Assembly (NCBI GenBank): GCA_039649115.1
Contig: JBBWZQ010000338.1
Coordinates: 100-64,099 of the forward strand
Direction: 5' to 3'
DNA length: 64,000 nucleotides
Origin: Micromonosporaceae bacterium
Lineage (GTDB): Bacteria > Actinomycetota > Actinomycetes > Mycobacteriales > Micromonosporaceae
Part shown: piece by piece, positions 20,897 through 29,259 of the stretch
How the letters are laid out: every line of letters begins with the position of its first letter
Numbering within the stretch: the first letter of the stretch is position 1
Made by a program: the position numbers and the translations under genes
Notes under the pieces: model-generated
Told to the model about the DNA's origin: nothing
The model's database searches: none
What the model saw: the letters and a program-made list of their open reading frames with translations, nothing else

Positions 20897-21385
20897 CTAG
20901 GCCGGCTTGCCGTCGGGAAAGCGATCCGCGACGACAGCCAACACGATCTTGTGCTCCAGATACGCCTTCAACGCGGCGAGGACCAGTGTGAAACCGCCCA
21001 TCGAGCCGAGCGCATGCGCCACCACCTCGTCGCCCGTTTCTTCGCTGTACCCGGTTTCCGTGATGTTGACGAACGTCGTGTCGTCTTCCTGGGGAGCAAA
21101 GCTCAGCTCGAAGGTGGTGACCGCGGGCTCGGCGCCCCACTCCAGGAGCATCCGGGCATCCTGTTCGAACTCTTTCACGCGGACCGGTGTCGTGAGGTCA
21201 TACATCTGCCACGTCCACCGCACCTCCGCGCCGGGTGCCAATCTGCCGGTGCTGTGGGTGAACCAGAACCGGCTCGTGATCGCGGGGTCGGCGAAGGCCT
21301 CGAAAACCTCGTGGACCGGGCTGCGGATGAGCATTGCCGTCTCAACAGTCGGCGCGCTCGTCAGTCGCAAACTGCCTGCGGACAT
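20897..21385 (-). CDS. SRPBCC / AHSA1 (START-like) family protein
   Basis: The start is trimmed to the ATG at 21385, which has a GGAGAT SD. The sequence ...IRSPVHEVFEAFADPAITSRFWF...VRWTW... is typical of AHSA1/SRPBCC ligand-binding proteins. Confidence 0.75.
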   Translation of the reverse strand: MSAGSLRLTSAPTVETAMLIRSPVHEVFEAFADPAITSRFWFTHSTGRLAPGAEVRWTWQMYDLTTPVRVKEFEQDARMLLEWGAEPAVTTFELSFAPQEDDTTFVNITETGYSEETGDEVVAHALGSMGGFTLVLAALKAYLEHKIVLAVVADRFPDGKPA

Positions 21386-21480
21386 CGCTGATATCTCCAG
21401 TCTGAAGGCGCTTGATTCCGGTACAGACCTTACTACCGTTGCTGTCCCCGCGCAGAGCCTGACCCCTCCGGAGACTAGAG

Positions 21481-21520
21481 TTGCTTTAGAAACCCATGGT
21501 AATGTGAGGCCCTCACTCAA
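21481..21520 (+). promoter_or_regulatory. Copy A of the shared AT-rich promoter-like motif, upstream of the C-methyltransferase
   Basis: Sequence TTGCTTTAGAAACCCATGGTAATGTGAGGCCCTCACTCAA. It matches copy B (39276-39315) at 28 of 40 positions. The conserved blocks are TTGCTTTA, ATGGTAA, GTGAG and CCTCA. It contains the pattern TGG-TAAYGT, which resembles an extended -10 (TGn-TAnnnT). Confidence 0.45.
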
Positions 21521-21582
21521 AGGCAGCCGGGCGGACCAGTCGTGTTCCGGTCCGGCGACGCCGCGCGAGGGAGAGGAGTGCC

Positions 21583-22902
21583 GTGGACGTCAGCGACCGC
21601 GCATCCGAGGTGCGCCAATGCCGGGTATGCGGGTCCTCGGACTGGCAGGAGGTCCTCTCGTTCGGGCTCATGCCGTTGGCGAATGACTTCCTGGCACCGG
21701 GAGACTCCGCGCAGGACGAGCCGCAGTATCCCCTCGGTGTCATCTCGTGCCGCTCCTGCCGGTTGATGAGCGTGACTCATGTGGTCGATCCCGAGGTGCT
21801 CTACCGCAGCTACCCGTACGTCACCTCGGACTCGACGACGATGACGCGTCACCTGAACGACGTCGCCCAGATGTGCCGGCGGCGGTTCGGGCTCACCGGA
21901 GACAGCCTGGTCGTCGAGATCGGCAGCAATACCGGCGCACAGCTGATGTTGTTCCGCGACGCCGGTATGCGGGTCTTCGGGATCGACCCCGCCCGCAATC
22001 TCACCGCGGTCGCCCGGCGCAACGGCGTCGATACGCTCGCGGAGTTCTTCTCGCCAGACATCGCCCGGCTGACCGCGCGGACCCACGGCCGGGCCCAGCT
22101 GATCCTGGGCCGCCATGTCTTCGCGCACATCGACGATCTGGCGGGCGTCATCGCCGGCGTGCGCGAGTTGCTCACCCCGGACGGCGTCCTGGTCATTGAG
22201 GTGCCCTACCTGGTGGATCTGCTGGACAAGACCGCCTTCGACACGATCTATCACGAGCACCTGTCACACTTCGCCGTCGGTGCGCTCGTCACCCTGTTCG
22301 AGCGCTACGGGCTCCGCGTGTTCGACGTGCAGCGGATTCCCCTGCACGGCGGCTCGATCCTGGTGTTCGTGGGGCATCCGCCCGGGCCGTGGCAGGTGCG
22401 CCCGTCCGTTCGCGAAGCGCTCATGATGGAGGAGCGCGCCGGGCTGCTCGGCGACGCGGTGTATCACGCGTTCGCGCACAACGTCCGGCGCATCCGGGAG
22501 GAACTGCGCTCCCTCATCCGTCACGTACGGGCCCAGGGCGGGCGCATCGCGGGGTACGGCGCCCCGGCAAAGGGGAACACCATCCTGAACGTGTGCGGAC
22601 TCGGCCCAGCCGAACTGGACTTCTGCAGCGACACCACCGAGCTCAAGCAGGGCAAGCTCCTCCCGGGTACCCACATCCCCGTGCACCCGCCCGGCTATGC
22701 GGTGGCCAATCCACCCGACTACTTCCTGCTGCTCGCGTGGAATTTCGGTGAGGAGATCCTCCGGAAGGAGGCCGAGTTCCTCGATCGGGGCGGCCGGTTC
22801 ATCCTGCCGATCCCGGAGCCTCGCGTCATCTCGGCGGGCTCGCGGGGATCCGCATACCCGGTGGCGCCGTCACCCTTCAGCAGGGTCGTCGCGGGGTCCT
22901 GA
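21583..22902 (+). CDS. NDP-hexose C-methyltransferase (TylCIII / TcaB9-like, Zn-ribbon + class I SAM MTase)
   Basis: 439-aa ORF with the N-terminal CRVCGS...CRSC zinc motif. SAM motif VVEIGSNTG is present, followed by the C-terminal domain typical of sugar C3-methyltransferases. Confidence 0.8.
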   Translation: MDVSDRASEVRQCRVCGSSDWQEVLSFGLMPLANDFLAPGDSAQDEPQYPLGVISCRSCRLMSVTHVVDPEVLYRSYPYVTSDSTTMTRHLNDVAQMCRRRFGLTGDSLVVEIGSNTGAQLMLFRDAGMRVFGIDPARNLTAVARRNGVDTLAEFFSPDIARLTARTHGRAQLILGRHVFAHIDDLAGVIAGVRELLTPDGVLVIEVPYLVDLLDKTAFDTIYHEHLSHFAVGALVTLFERYGLRVFDVQRIPLHGGSILVFVGHPPGPWQVRPSVREALMMEERAGLLGDAVYHAFAHNVRRIREELRSLIRHVRAQGGRIAGYGAPAKGNTILNVCGLGPAELDFCSDTTELKQGKLLPGTHIPVHPPGYAVANPPDYFLLLAWNFGEEILRKEAEFLDRGGRFILPIPEPRVISAGSRGSAYPVAPSPFSRVVAGS

Positions 22903-22913
22903 AAGGCTCTCCG

Positions 22914-22947
22914 GCGGGCTCGGCGGTCGCACACCCGCCGAGCCCGC
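22914..22947. terminator. Strong bidirectional hairpin between convergent genes
   Basis: A perfect 13-bp stem, GCGGGCTCGGCGG / CCGCCGAGCCCGC, with an 8-nt loop. It lies between the stops at 22902 (+) and 22963 (-). Confidence 0.6.
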
Positions 22948-22962
22948 ACCCGTGGTCGTGGC

Positions 22963-24729
22963 TCACCCGACGTCCCGGTCAGCGACCACGAAAAGTACAC
23001 CGTGCGGCCTGGCATGACCGGCCGCGCCGTGCGGCCACTGCGCCCGGTTGAACTGCACGCAGGGGCTACCCAGATACTCGTCGCGGAACGTCCCGTCGAT
23101 CGACAGCGAACCGTTCGGCGCCTGGTTGATCATGCACACCCGGTGGTCGCCGTCGAAGCCGGCGACGGCCACGAAATAGTTCGACACCGCCAGCCGGGTG
23201 ACGTGGCTGGTCTCCCGGTACATGCCGCTCGGGTCGCGCACGAAGTTGTCCAGGGCGCCCCAGTGCGGCCCGATGTTGACGTTTGCCGAGACGGTGTCCC
23301 GGATCGGCACCACGCCGACCAGTTTCGGGCAGTCGGGTGCACTGCCGCCGTGCTCCACCTCCTGCATGTTCTGGATCGAGCAGCGCGGGTGCCCGCCGGA
23401 GGCGACCAGGTGCCGTATGTCCAGCACATACACCATGCCCGACTGCTCATCCCTCGGCACCGCCTGGTTGGATCCCATCACCGCGTGGAAGAGGTAGTGG
23501 TCGTCAGGGCTGGTCTGCAACCAGCTCCCGCCGTCCGCCGCGCCACCCAGCGGGCCGTTCGGCTCGAACGCGCGGTAGGCGGCGGTGTCGTCGAAGACCT
23601 CCCGCCACTGGGGGTCAGGGCTCGTGATGTCCGGCGTGTAGTAGACGACCCCGCCGTTCATCGTCGACACGAACGCGCCCCGATGGTCCGGCTTGTTGGT
23701 CACGGTCGTCTCCATCACCATGCGCTGCTCGTCGCCGTACCCCTTGGGATCTGGCGGCCTCGGCCCTTTCGGCATGTGTGCCACGGACACGACCCTGGGC
23801 GCGTTGCGGTGGGAGATGTCCCAGACCCGGACGGTCTCCCGGGTCAGGAACGGGTCGGTGGACTGCGGGTGGAGTACGTCGCGGATTTCGACATAGTCAC
23901 TGGTGACCATGCGGTTGAGGTCTTCGCGTACCTGGATTCCGTGCGGGTTCGCGCAGGACGCGACCGGCAGGGCGGGTACCGCCGGGCACCTGGTGGCATC
24001 CTCCGGTACCGGGATGGCGGCGGGCGCCTCGGCGAGGGTCCGGCCGCGTGAGTCGAGGTGGACCACCTCGCCAGGGGTGCCGGCGAGTCCGTTGCCGACC
24101 CGTACCTGGCCGTCGGTGTACGTGCACGGGCCGGACACGTTCGGGCCACCCATGTAGGTCCCGTACGCGGTGCCGTCCCGCAGCACCCAGAAGGCGTCCG
24201 GAGCCGAGCCACACGGCGTGTCCATGGGCAGGTTGACTCCGGTGATGCGCAGTCGCGGCAGTTCGGCCACGTTGAAGACGAACGTGTCGTCACCGAGAAT
24301 GCCGCCGGCGTAGACATCCTGGCCCTTGTGCCACATGTACTGCATGTGGTGTGGCTCGTTGCCCACCAGAGGGCTGATCGTCGCCGTGTTCACCACCTTG
24401 CCGTACGTCGCGGAATCCTTCGACGCGTCGATCACCGCGATGAAGTCCGGCCGGCTTGCGCCGGAGTCGTCTCCGCCGGCCCAGACCAGCAACCACTCGT
24501 GCCGGTTCGGCCGGTCGGCAAAGCTGACCAGATGGTTGGTGAGCGTGTACGACCTGCCGTCCGAACCACGCACGCTGGACGAACTGGTGCGGACCGGCGT
24601 GGCGGACGCGGCTGTGGCGGACCGCGAGTCGGTGGCGGCGGTGGCCACCAGAGCAAGCGGGACGACCGACACGACCAGGGCCACTCGACTCGTGGACCGC
24701 CACGCCGTCCCCAACCGCTTCCGTAACAT
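22963..24729 (-). CDS. Secreted selenium-binding-protein (SBP56) / methanethiol-oxidase-like beta-propeller protein
   Basis: The segment PDFIAVIDASKDSATYGKVVNTATISPLVGNEPHHMQYMW aligns by eye with the SBP56 core (DYLATVDVDPKSP.Y..VIHRL....DELHHSGW). A signal peptide is present (LRKRLGTAWRSTSRVALVVSVVPLALVATAA). I prefer the ATG at 24729 (GGAGAC SD); under that start, codon 2 is TTA. Confidence 0.7.
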   Translation of the reverse strand: MLRKRLGTAWRSTSRVALVVSVVPLALVATAATDSRSATAASATPVRTSSSSVRGSDGRSYTLTNHLVSFADRPNRHEWLLVWAGGDDSGASRPDFIAVIDASKDSATYGKVVNTATISPLVGNEPHHMQYMWHKGQDVYAGGILGDDTFVFNVAELPRLRITGVNLPMDTPCGSAPDAFWVLRDGTAYGTYMGGPNVSGPCTYTDGQVRVGNGLAGTPGEVVHLDSRGRTLAEAPAAIPVPEDATRCPAVPALPVASCANPHGIQVREDLNRMVTSDYVEIRDVLHPQSTDPFLTRETVRVWDISHRNAPRVVSVAHMPKGPRPPDPKGYGDEQRMVMETTVTNKPDHRGAFVSTMNGGVVYYTPDITSPDPQWREVFDDTAAYRAFEPNGPLGGAADGGSWLQTSPDDHYLFHAVMGSNQAVPRDEQSGMVYVLDIRHLVASGGHPRCSIQNMQEVEHGGSAPDCPKLVGVVPIRDTVSANVNIGPHWGALDNFVRDPSGMYRETSHVTRLAVSNYFVAVAGFDGDHRVCMINQAPNGSLSIDGTFRDEYLGSPCVQFNRAQWPHGAAGHARPHGVLFVVADRDVG

Positions 24730-24956
24730 GGGTGTCTCCAATCAGATACCGGCCTGCGGGGCGCGCGCGCGTCGAACGCCGCGGCCCTGGCGGCCGGGCG
24801 GAAGGTGCAGGTCGAGCCGACAACCGTTTTAGAGTTTGTGGCTGGTCTTCTGGGTCGCGCCGGCAGCCGACCACCTGGCACAACCGCCGGGCTCTCCTGA
24901 CGGAGCCGGGAGGTTCGTCTCCTGGTCAGGTCATGGGAGTCCAGTCGTGGCCACAG

Positions 24957-24988
24957 ACGTTACCATATGATTTTGTATCTGTACAAGC
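24957..24988 (-). promoter_or_regulatory. Copy C of the shared motif (reverse strand), upstream of the SBP56-like gene
   Basis: Read on the reverse strand it is GCTTGTACAGATACAAAATCATATGGTAACGT. Its last 12 nt, ATATGGTAACGT, are identical to copy B. Confidence 0.4.
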
Positions 24989-25157
24989 CTCTGCGTCCCG
25001 ATGGGACGGCAGGCAACGAGCGCCCGGGGCGGAACCTCGCGAGCAGGCCGGCCCTGCCCACCGGAAGTGCTATGTGTTACGATAGCGATCGATCTGGCGG
25101 GCGCGCCCGCGCCGATCGTCCACAATAGACACTATCTCGGGTGGAAGCTGCGGACCT

Positions 25158-26549
25158 ATGACAACCACTCTGCGTATGCCTGTCACTGCCCCGGGTCGGC
25201 TGCCCGTACTGGGCCACGCGATACAGATGAGAAGGAGGCCGCGAGAGTTCCTCCTCTCGCTGCAGTCGGGCGAGGCGGTGACCACCATCCGGCTCGGCCG
25301 GGAGACCGTGTATGTGATCAACGACCCGGAGCTCATCCGCCAGGCGATCCGCGATCCGGACACCTTTGGCAAGGGCGGGCCGATCACGGAGCGCTTTCGC
25401 ACCATGTTCGGCAACGGTCTGGGGATCTCCGACGGAGATTTCCACCGGCGCCAGCGAGCCCTGATCCAGCCTGCCTTCCACCACACGAAAATCCTCCACT
25501 ACGCCTCGATCATGACCGGTGCGGCCGCGGCGATGGTGGACCGCTGGCAAGATGGCGGACGGCTCGCGGTGGACCGGGAGATGGGCGACCTCGCGCTGAC
25601 CAGCGTGACGAAGGCGATGTTCTCGGCGGACACCAATGTCGACCGGGCACAGTTCATGGCCGCCACCACGGTGGTCCTCGGCGGCCTGTTCCGTCGGGTG
25701 GTCGACGCGTCCGGACTGCTGACCAGGCTGCCCACGCCGGGCAACCTGCGGTACCGCGGCGCCGTGGACCACGTGCGGCGGACCATCGATCAGCTGATCA
25801 ACGACTACCGGGCCAGCGGCGCGGACCACGGCGACCTGCTGTCCATGATGCTGCTCGCCCGTGGCGAAGACGGTGCGCCGGCAATGAGTGACCAGCAGGT
25901 ACACGACGAGGTCGTGACGTTCTTCATCGCTGGTGCGGAAAGCATCGCCAACACCCTCGCGTGGGTGTTCCACGAGCTCGCCACCCATCCTGACGTGGAG
26001 CGGCGCCTGCACGCGGAGGTCGACGAGGTGTTGGCCGGCCGGCCGGCCGAGTACCGGGACATCCCGGCGCTGGAGTACACCCGCCGGGTGGTCAATGAGA
26101 CTCTGCGCATGCGGACACAGGGCTGGGCGTTGAGCAGATTCACCAAGACGGCCACCGAGATCGGGGATTACCACATCCCCGCCAACGCCTCGATCATGTA
26201 CAGCCCGCACGCGCTGAACCACAATCCGGCCTTCCACCCCGATCCCGAACGGTTCGATCCCGACCGCTGGTCACCGGAGCGCGCGAAGGACATACCGCGT
26301 GGTGCGTTCATCCCCTTCGGCACCGGCAGCCACACGTGTATCGGCGAGCCGTTCGCCCTCACCGAGATGGTCGTCACGCTGGCCACCGTGGCCGCGCGGT
26401 GGCGGCTGCTGTCCGTACCAGGGCACCACCCGCGACCCAAGTTCGCCTTCACGATGCCGGTGAACGCACTTCCGATGACGGCACAGCGTCGCGACCCCGG
26501 CCGCCGGTTGCCGCCCCGGCTCGGCGTGAACGCCCCCACCGGCGCATGA
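25158..26549 (+). CDS. Cytochrome P450 monooxygenase
   Basis: 463-aa ORF with haem-binding motif FGTGSHTCIGEPFA, ExxR motif (ETLR) and I-helix AGAESIAN. Confidence 0.9.
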   Translation: MTTTLRMPVTAPGRLPVLGHAIQMRRRPREFLLSLQSGEAVTTIRLGRETVYVINDPELIRQAIRDPDTFGKGGPITERFRTMFGNGLGISDGDFHRRQRALIQPAFHHTKILHYASIMTGAAAAMVDRWQDGGRLAVDREMGDLALTSVTKAMFSADTNVDRAQFMAATTVVLGGLFRRVVDASGLLTRLPTPGNLRYRGAVDHVRRTIDQLINDYRASGADHGDLLSMMLLARGEDGAPAMSDQQVHDEVVTFFIAGAESIANTLAWVFHELATHPDVERRLHAEVDEVLAGRPAEYRDIPALEYTRRVVNETLRMRTQGWALSRFTKTATEIGDYHIPANASIMYSPHALNHNPAFHPDPERFDPDRWSPERAKDIPRGAFIPFGTGSHTCIGEPFALTEMVVTLATVAARWRLLSVPGHHPRPKFAFTMPVNALPMTAQRRDPGRRLPPRLGVNAPTGA

Positions 26550-27720
26550 CCGGTCGCTCGACCACGCTGTACAGCAGCCACGAGGCGAACACCGACACCA
26601 GCAGGTAGGCCGCCGAGCACGCCAGCATCAGCGCCACGCCCGCCCTCCGATGCGGATCGATCAGTGGATAGGTGTACTGCATGATCAGCCAGTGGGTCAT
26701 GTAGAACGCGAAGGACAGGTCACCGAGCCAGATCCACAGCGGCCGCCGGAGGAAGGTCCGGCGATCCTCGATGTCGGTCTGTGCCGCCGCGAGAATCACC
26801 ATCGCGAGCGGAATCACCAGCAGCACGCCATTGCCGTACGGGTAGTACAGCGACATCGCGAGCAGCACCGCCACCGGCAGCAGGACCAGGCCGTAGCGGA
26901 AACGTCGCGGGTACCAGTTGCCGGTCAGTACGATCCTGGCGAGCAGGATGCCCAGCACGAACTCGAGCATCCGGGTCAGCGGGAAGTTGTAGGTGAGCCA
27001 CACCTGCACCTCGGTCGCCTGCAGCCCCGACCACTTGGGTTCGGCGGGGGTCAGTCGCATCACCAGGACCGGGACCGCCGCGATGAGCAGGACGCAACCG
27101 ATGGCGTAGTACCACAGACGCCTGGCGGGAATCTTGGAGATCGCCCAGAGCAGCAACGGGAAGCAGAGGTAGAAGAACGCCTCGCAGGACAGCGACCACG
27201 ACACCGGGTTGACGCCCACCTGCACGTGCTTGTCCGGTGTCCACGCGTCCACCAGGAACAGCGTGGTCGTGCCCTGCGCCGCGGTCACCTGTTGGTTCGT
27301 CCACAGCAGCAGCACGAGCCCGACGAGCCAGGTCACCGCGTGGTTGGGGAAGATCTTCGCGAGTCGCCGTCGCCAGAAACTCCCGTGCGAGTCCGTCGGC
27401 CTGGCCGACCAGGTCAATACGAACCCGCTGAGCAGAAAGAAGAACTCGACGCCGATCAGGGACAGGCGCATGACCAGGGCAGGCATGAAGCTCCGCTCTG
27501 GATCCGCGCCCGTATACCAGATCCGCGTGTAGATGTGCGAGATGAAGACGAGGAACGCGGCGAAGAACCGCAGCGAGGTCAGCGAATCCAGCCTGCTCCG
27601 GCCGGACACCGCAGCTCCCCGCGTCACTCCCTGACTCTTTGCGACTCCCTGGCTCTCTGCGACTCCCTGACCCTCTGCGCCTGCCTGGTTCTGCGCGCCA
27701 AGGTTTTCCTGCACAGTCAT
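26449..27720 (-). CDS. Membrane acyltransferase family 3 protein
   Basis: 423-aa polytopic ORF with LDSLTSLRFFAAFLVFISH, typical of acyltransferase_3. Its 3' end overlaps the P450 3' end by 101 nt (convergent). Confidence 0.8.
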   Translation of the reverse strand: MTVQENLGAQNQAGAEGQGVAESQGVAKSQGVTRGAAVSGRSRLDSLTSLRFFAAFLVFISHIYTRIWYTGADPERSFMPALVMRLSLIGVEFFFLLSGFVLTWSARPTDSHGSFWRRRLAKIFPNHAVTWLVGLVLLLWTNQQVTAAQGTTTLFLVDAWTPDKHVQVGVNPVSWSLSCEAFFYLCFPLLLWAISKIPARRLWYYAIGCVLLIAAVPVLVMRLTPAEPKWSGLQATEVQVWLTYNFPLTRMLEFVLGILLARIVLTGNWYPRRFRYGLVLLPVAVLLAMSLYYPYGNGVLLVIPLAMVILAAAQTDIEDRRTFLRRPLWIWLGDLSFAFYMTHWLIMQYTYPLIDPHRRAGVALMLACSAAYLLVSVFASWLLYSVVERPVMRRWGRSRRAGAATGGRGRDAVPSSEVRSPAS

Positions 27721-27768
27721 AGAACCTCCCTCCCCTCGGCTACCCGCCGCACCAGCGCGTTGGATGCG

Positions 27769-29247
27769 CTAGCTGACGGGTTGGGACGGCGCGCGGCCCG
27801 GTGTGGCCGCGGCGACCTTCTTCTCTGCGGGTCTGGCGGGGATGAACAGCGCCGGAACGAGCGCGAGCCCGGTGAGCACGAGCGCCCAGACGAACGTGTC
27901 GCCGAAGGCGGCCGCCCGACCGGCCGGGTTGGCGGCGTGTGCGAGGATCTGATGCTGGAGGAAGACGGCGAACACCGCGGTGCCGAACGAGCCGCCGATC
28001 CGCACGATGATGTTGATGGCGCTGGTGGCGTGCGGGACGGCCTCCTTCCCGAGTTCCTGGAAGGCGGCCGCGTTCAGCGGTATCGTCGCCGCGCCGAGGC
28101 CGGCACCGAGGATCAGCAGGCCGAGGCCGAGCACCACGTTGTTGACGCCGTGGCCGACGAACGCGTACGGCAAGGTGCCCAGTGTCGCGACGCCCATGCC
28201 GACAAGAATGATCGGCCGCGGGTTGACGCGGTCCGCCAGCCTGCCGACGGCGAGGAAGGCGAGCAGCAGGCCGATGCCCTGCGGTGCCAGCAGTAGCCCG
28301 GCCTCCTGCGCGCTGTAGCCGCGAGCCTGGATGTAGTAGAGGGGCATCAGGAACACCGCGGCGAACAGCGAGACACCGTACAGCAGGTTCACGCCGGAGG
28401 CGGTGGCGAACGAGCGGAGCCGGAACAGCCGCAGGTCGACGATCGCGGAGACGCCCGGTCGCAGCGAGTGCGCGATGTAGGCGACGACGAGCACCACGCC
28501 GGCGGTCAGCCAGATGACCGCACTCGGATGGCCGAACCCGTGTGTTCCCGCCTCGGACAGGCCGTAGACCAGCGCCGCCATGCTGGGTGACAGCAACGCC
28601 AGGCCGACGAGGTCCACTTTCTGCGCGACGCCACGCTGGCCGGCCGGGATGTACCGCGCGGACGCGGCCAAGGCGACGAGGCAGATGGGCACGTTGATGA
28701 AGAACAGCCAGCGCCACGACAGCCGATCCACGATCAGTCCACTGAGGACCGGCCCGATGATCGGGGCGAGCTGCGCGGGTACCGCGAAGATGCTCATTGC
28801 CCGGCCGAGCCGGTTCGGGCCGGCCGCCTGGACCAGGATGGTCATCGCGATCGGCATGATCATGCCGCCACCGAGTCCCTGGAGGATGCGGAAAGCGATC
28901 AGGCTGCCGGCCGACCACGCCATGCCGGCGAGTACCGAGGCCACCATGAACAGGCCGACCGAGAACATCCACAGTCTCTTGGCGCCGAACCGCTGGGTGG
29001 CCCAGCCGCTGAGGGGAACGACCAGGGACAGCGCCAGGATGTAGCCGGTGATCACCCACTGGATCGTGGAAAGCGTCGCCCCGAAAGTGCGACCGAGCTG
29101 GTTGACCGCGACTCCCACGATGGTCGCGTCCATCAACGACGCGAAGGCGCCGATGACCGTGGCGAGCGCCAGCCTGACCAGCGCGGGATCGAGTCGGTCC
29201 TGGGTGTCCTGAACCGGCGTGGAACTACCGCTTTCGTCGTATGACAT
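27769..29247 (-). CDS. MFS transporter, DHA2 (EmrB/QacA, 14-TMS) drug:H+ antiporter type
   Basis: 492-aa ORF that is hydrophobic throughout. It has a DHA2-like N-terminus (ATVIGAFASLMDATIVGVAV) and MFS motif-like loops. Confidence 0.85.
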   Translation of the reverse strand: MSYDESGSSTPVQDTQDRLDPALVRLALATVIGAFASLMDATIVGVAVNQLGRTFGATLSTIQWVITGYILALSLVVPLSGWATQRFGAKRLWMFSVGLFMVASVLAGMAWSAGSLIAFRILQGLGGGMIMPIAMTILVQAAGPNRLGRAMSIFAVPAQLAPIIGPVLSGLIVDRLSWRWLFFINVPICLVALAASARYIPAGQRGVAQKVDLVGLALLSPSMAALVYGLSEAGTHGFGHPSAVIWLTAGVVLVVAYIAHSLRPGVSAIVDLRLFRLRSFATASGVNLLYGVSLFAAVFLMPLYYIQARGYSAQEAGLLLAPQGIGLLLAFLAVGRLADRVNPRPIILVGMGVATLGTLPYAFVGHGVNNVVLGLGLLILGAGLGAATIPLNAAAFQELGKEAVPHATSAINIIVRIGGSFGTAVFAVFLQHQILAHAANPAGRAAAFGDTFVWALVLTGLALVPALFIPARPAEKKVAAATPGRAPSQPVS

Positions 29248-29259
29248 CGCGCGATCCAG

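Noticed and set aside
21496-21507. Three-codon mini-ORFs inside the shared motif: ATG GTA ATG TGA in copy A and ATG GTA ACG TGA in copy B (39291-39302).
   Set aside because: The conservation is striking, but there is no SD in front and copy C does not keep the stop. Reading it as an extended -10 promoter element is more economical. It is kept only as a note.
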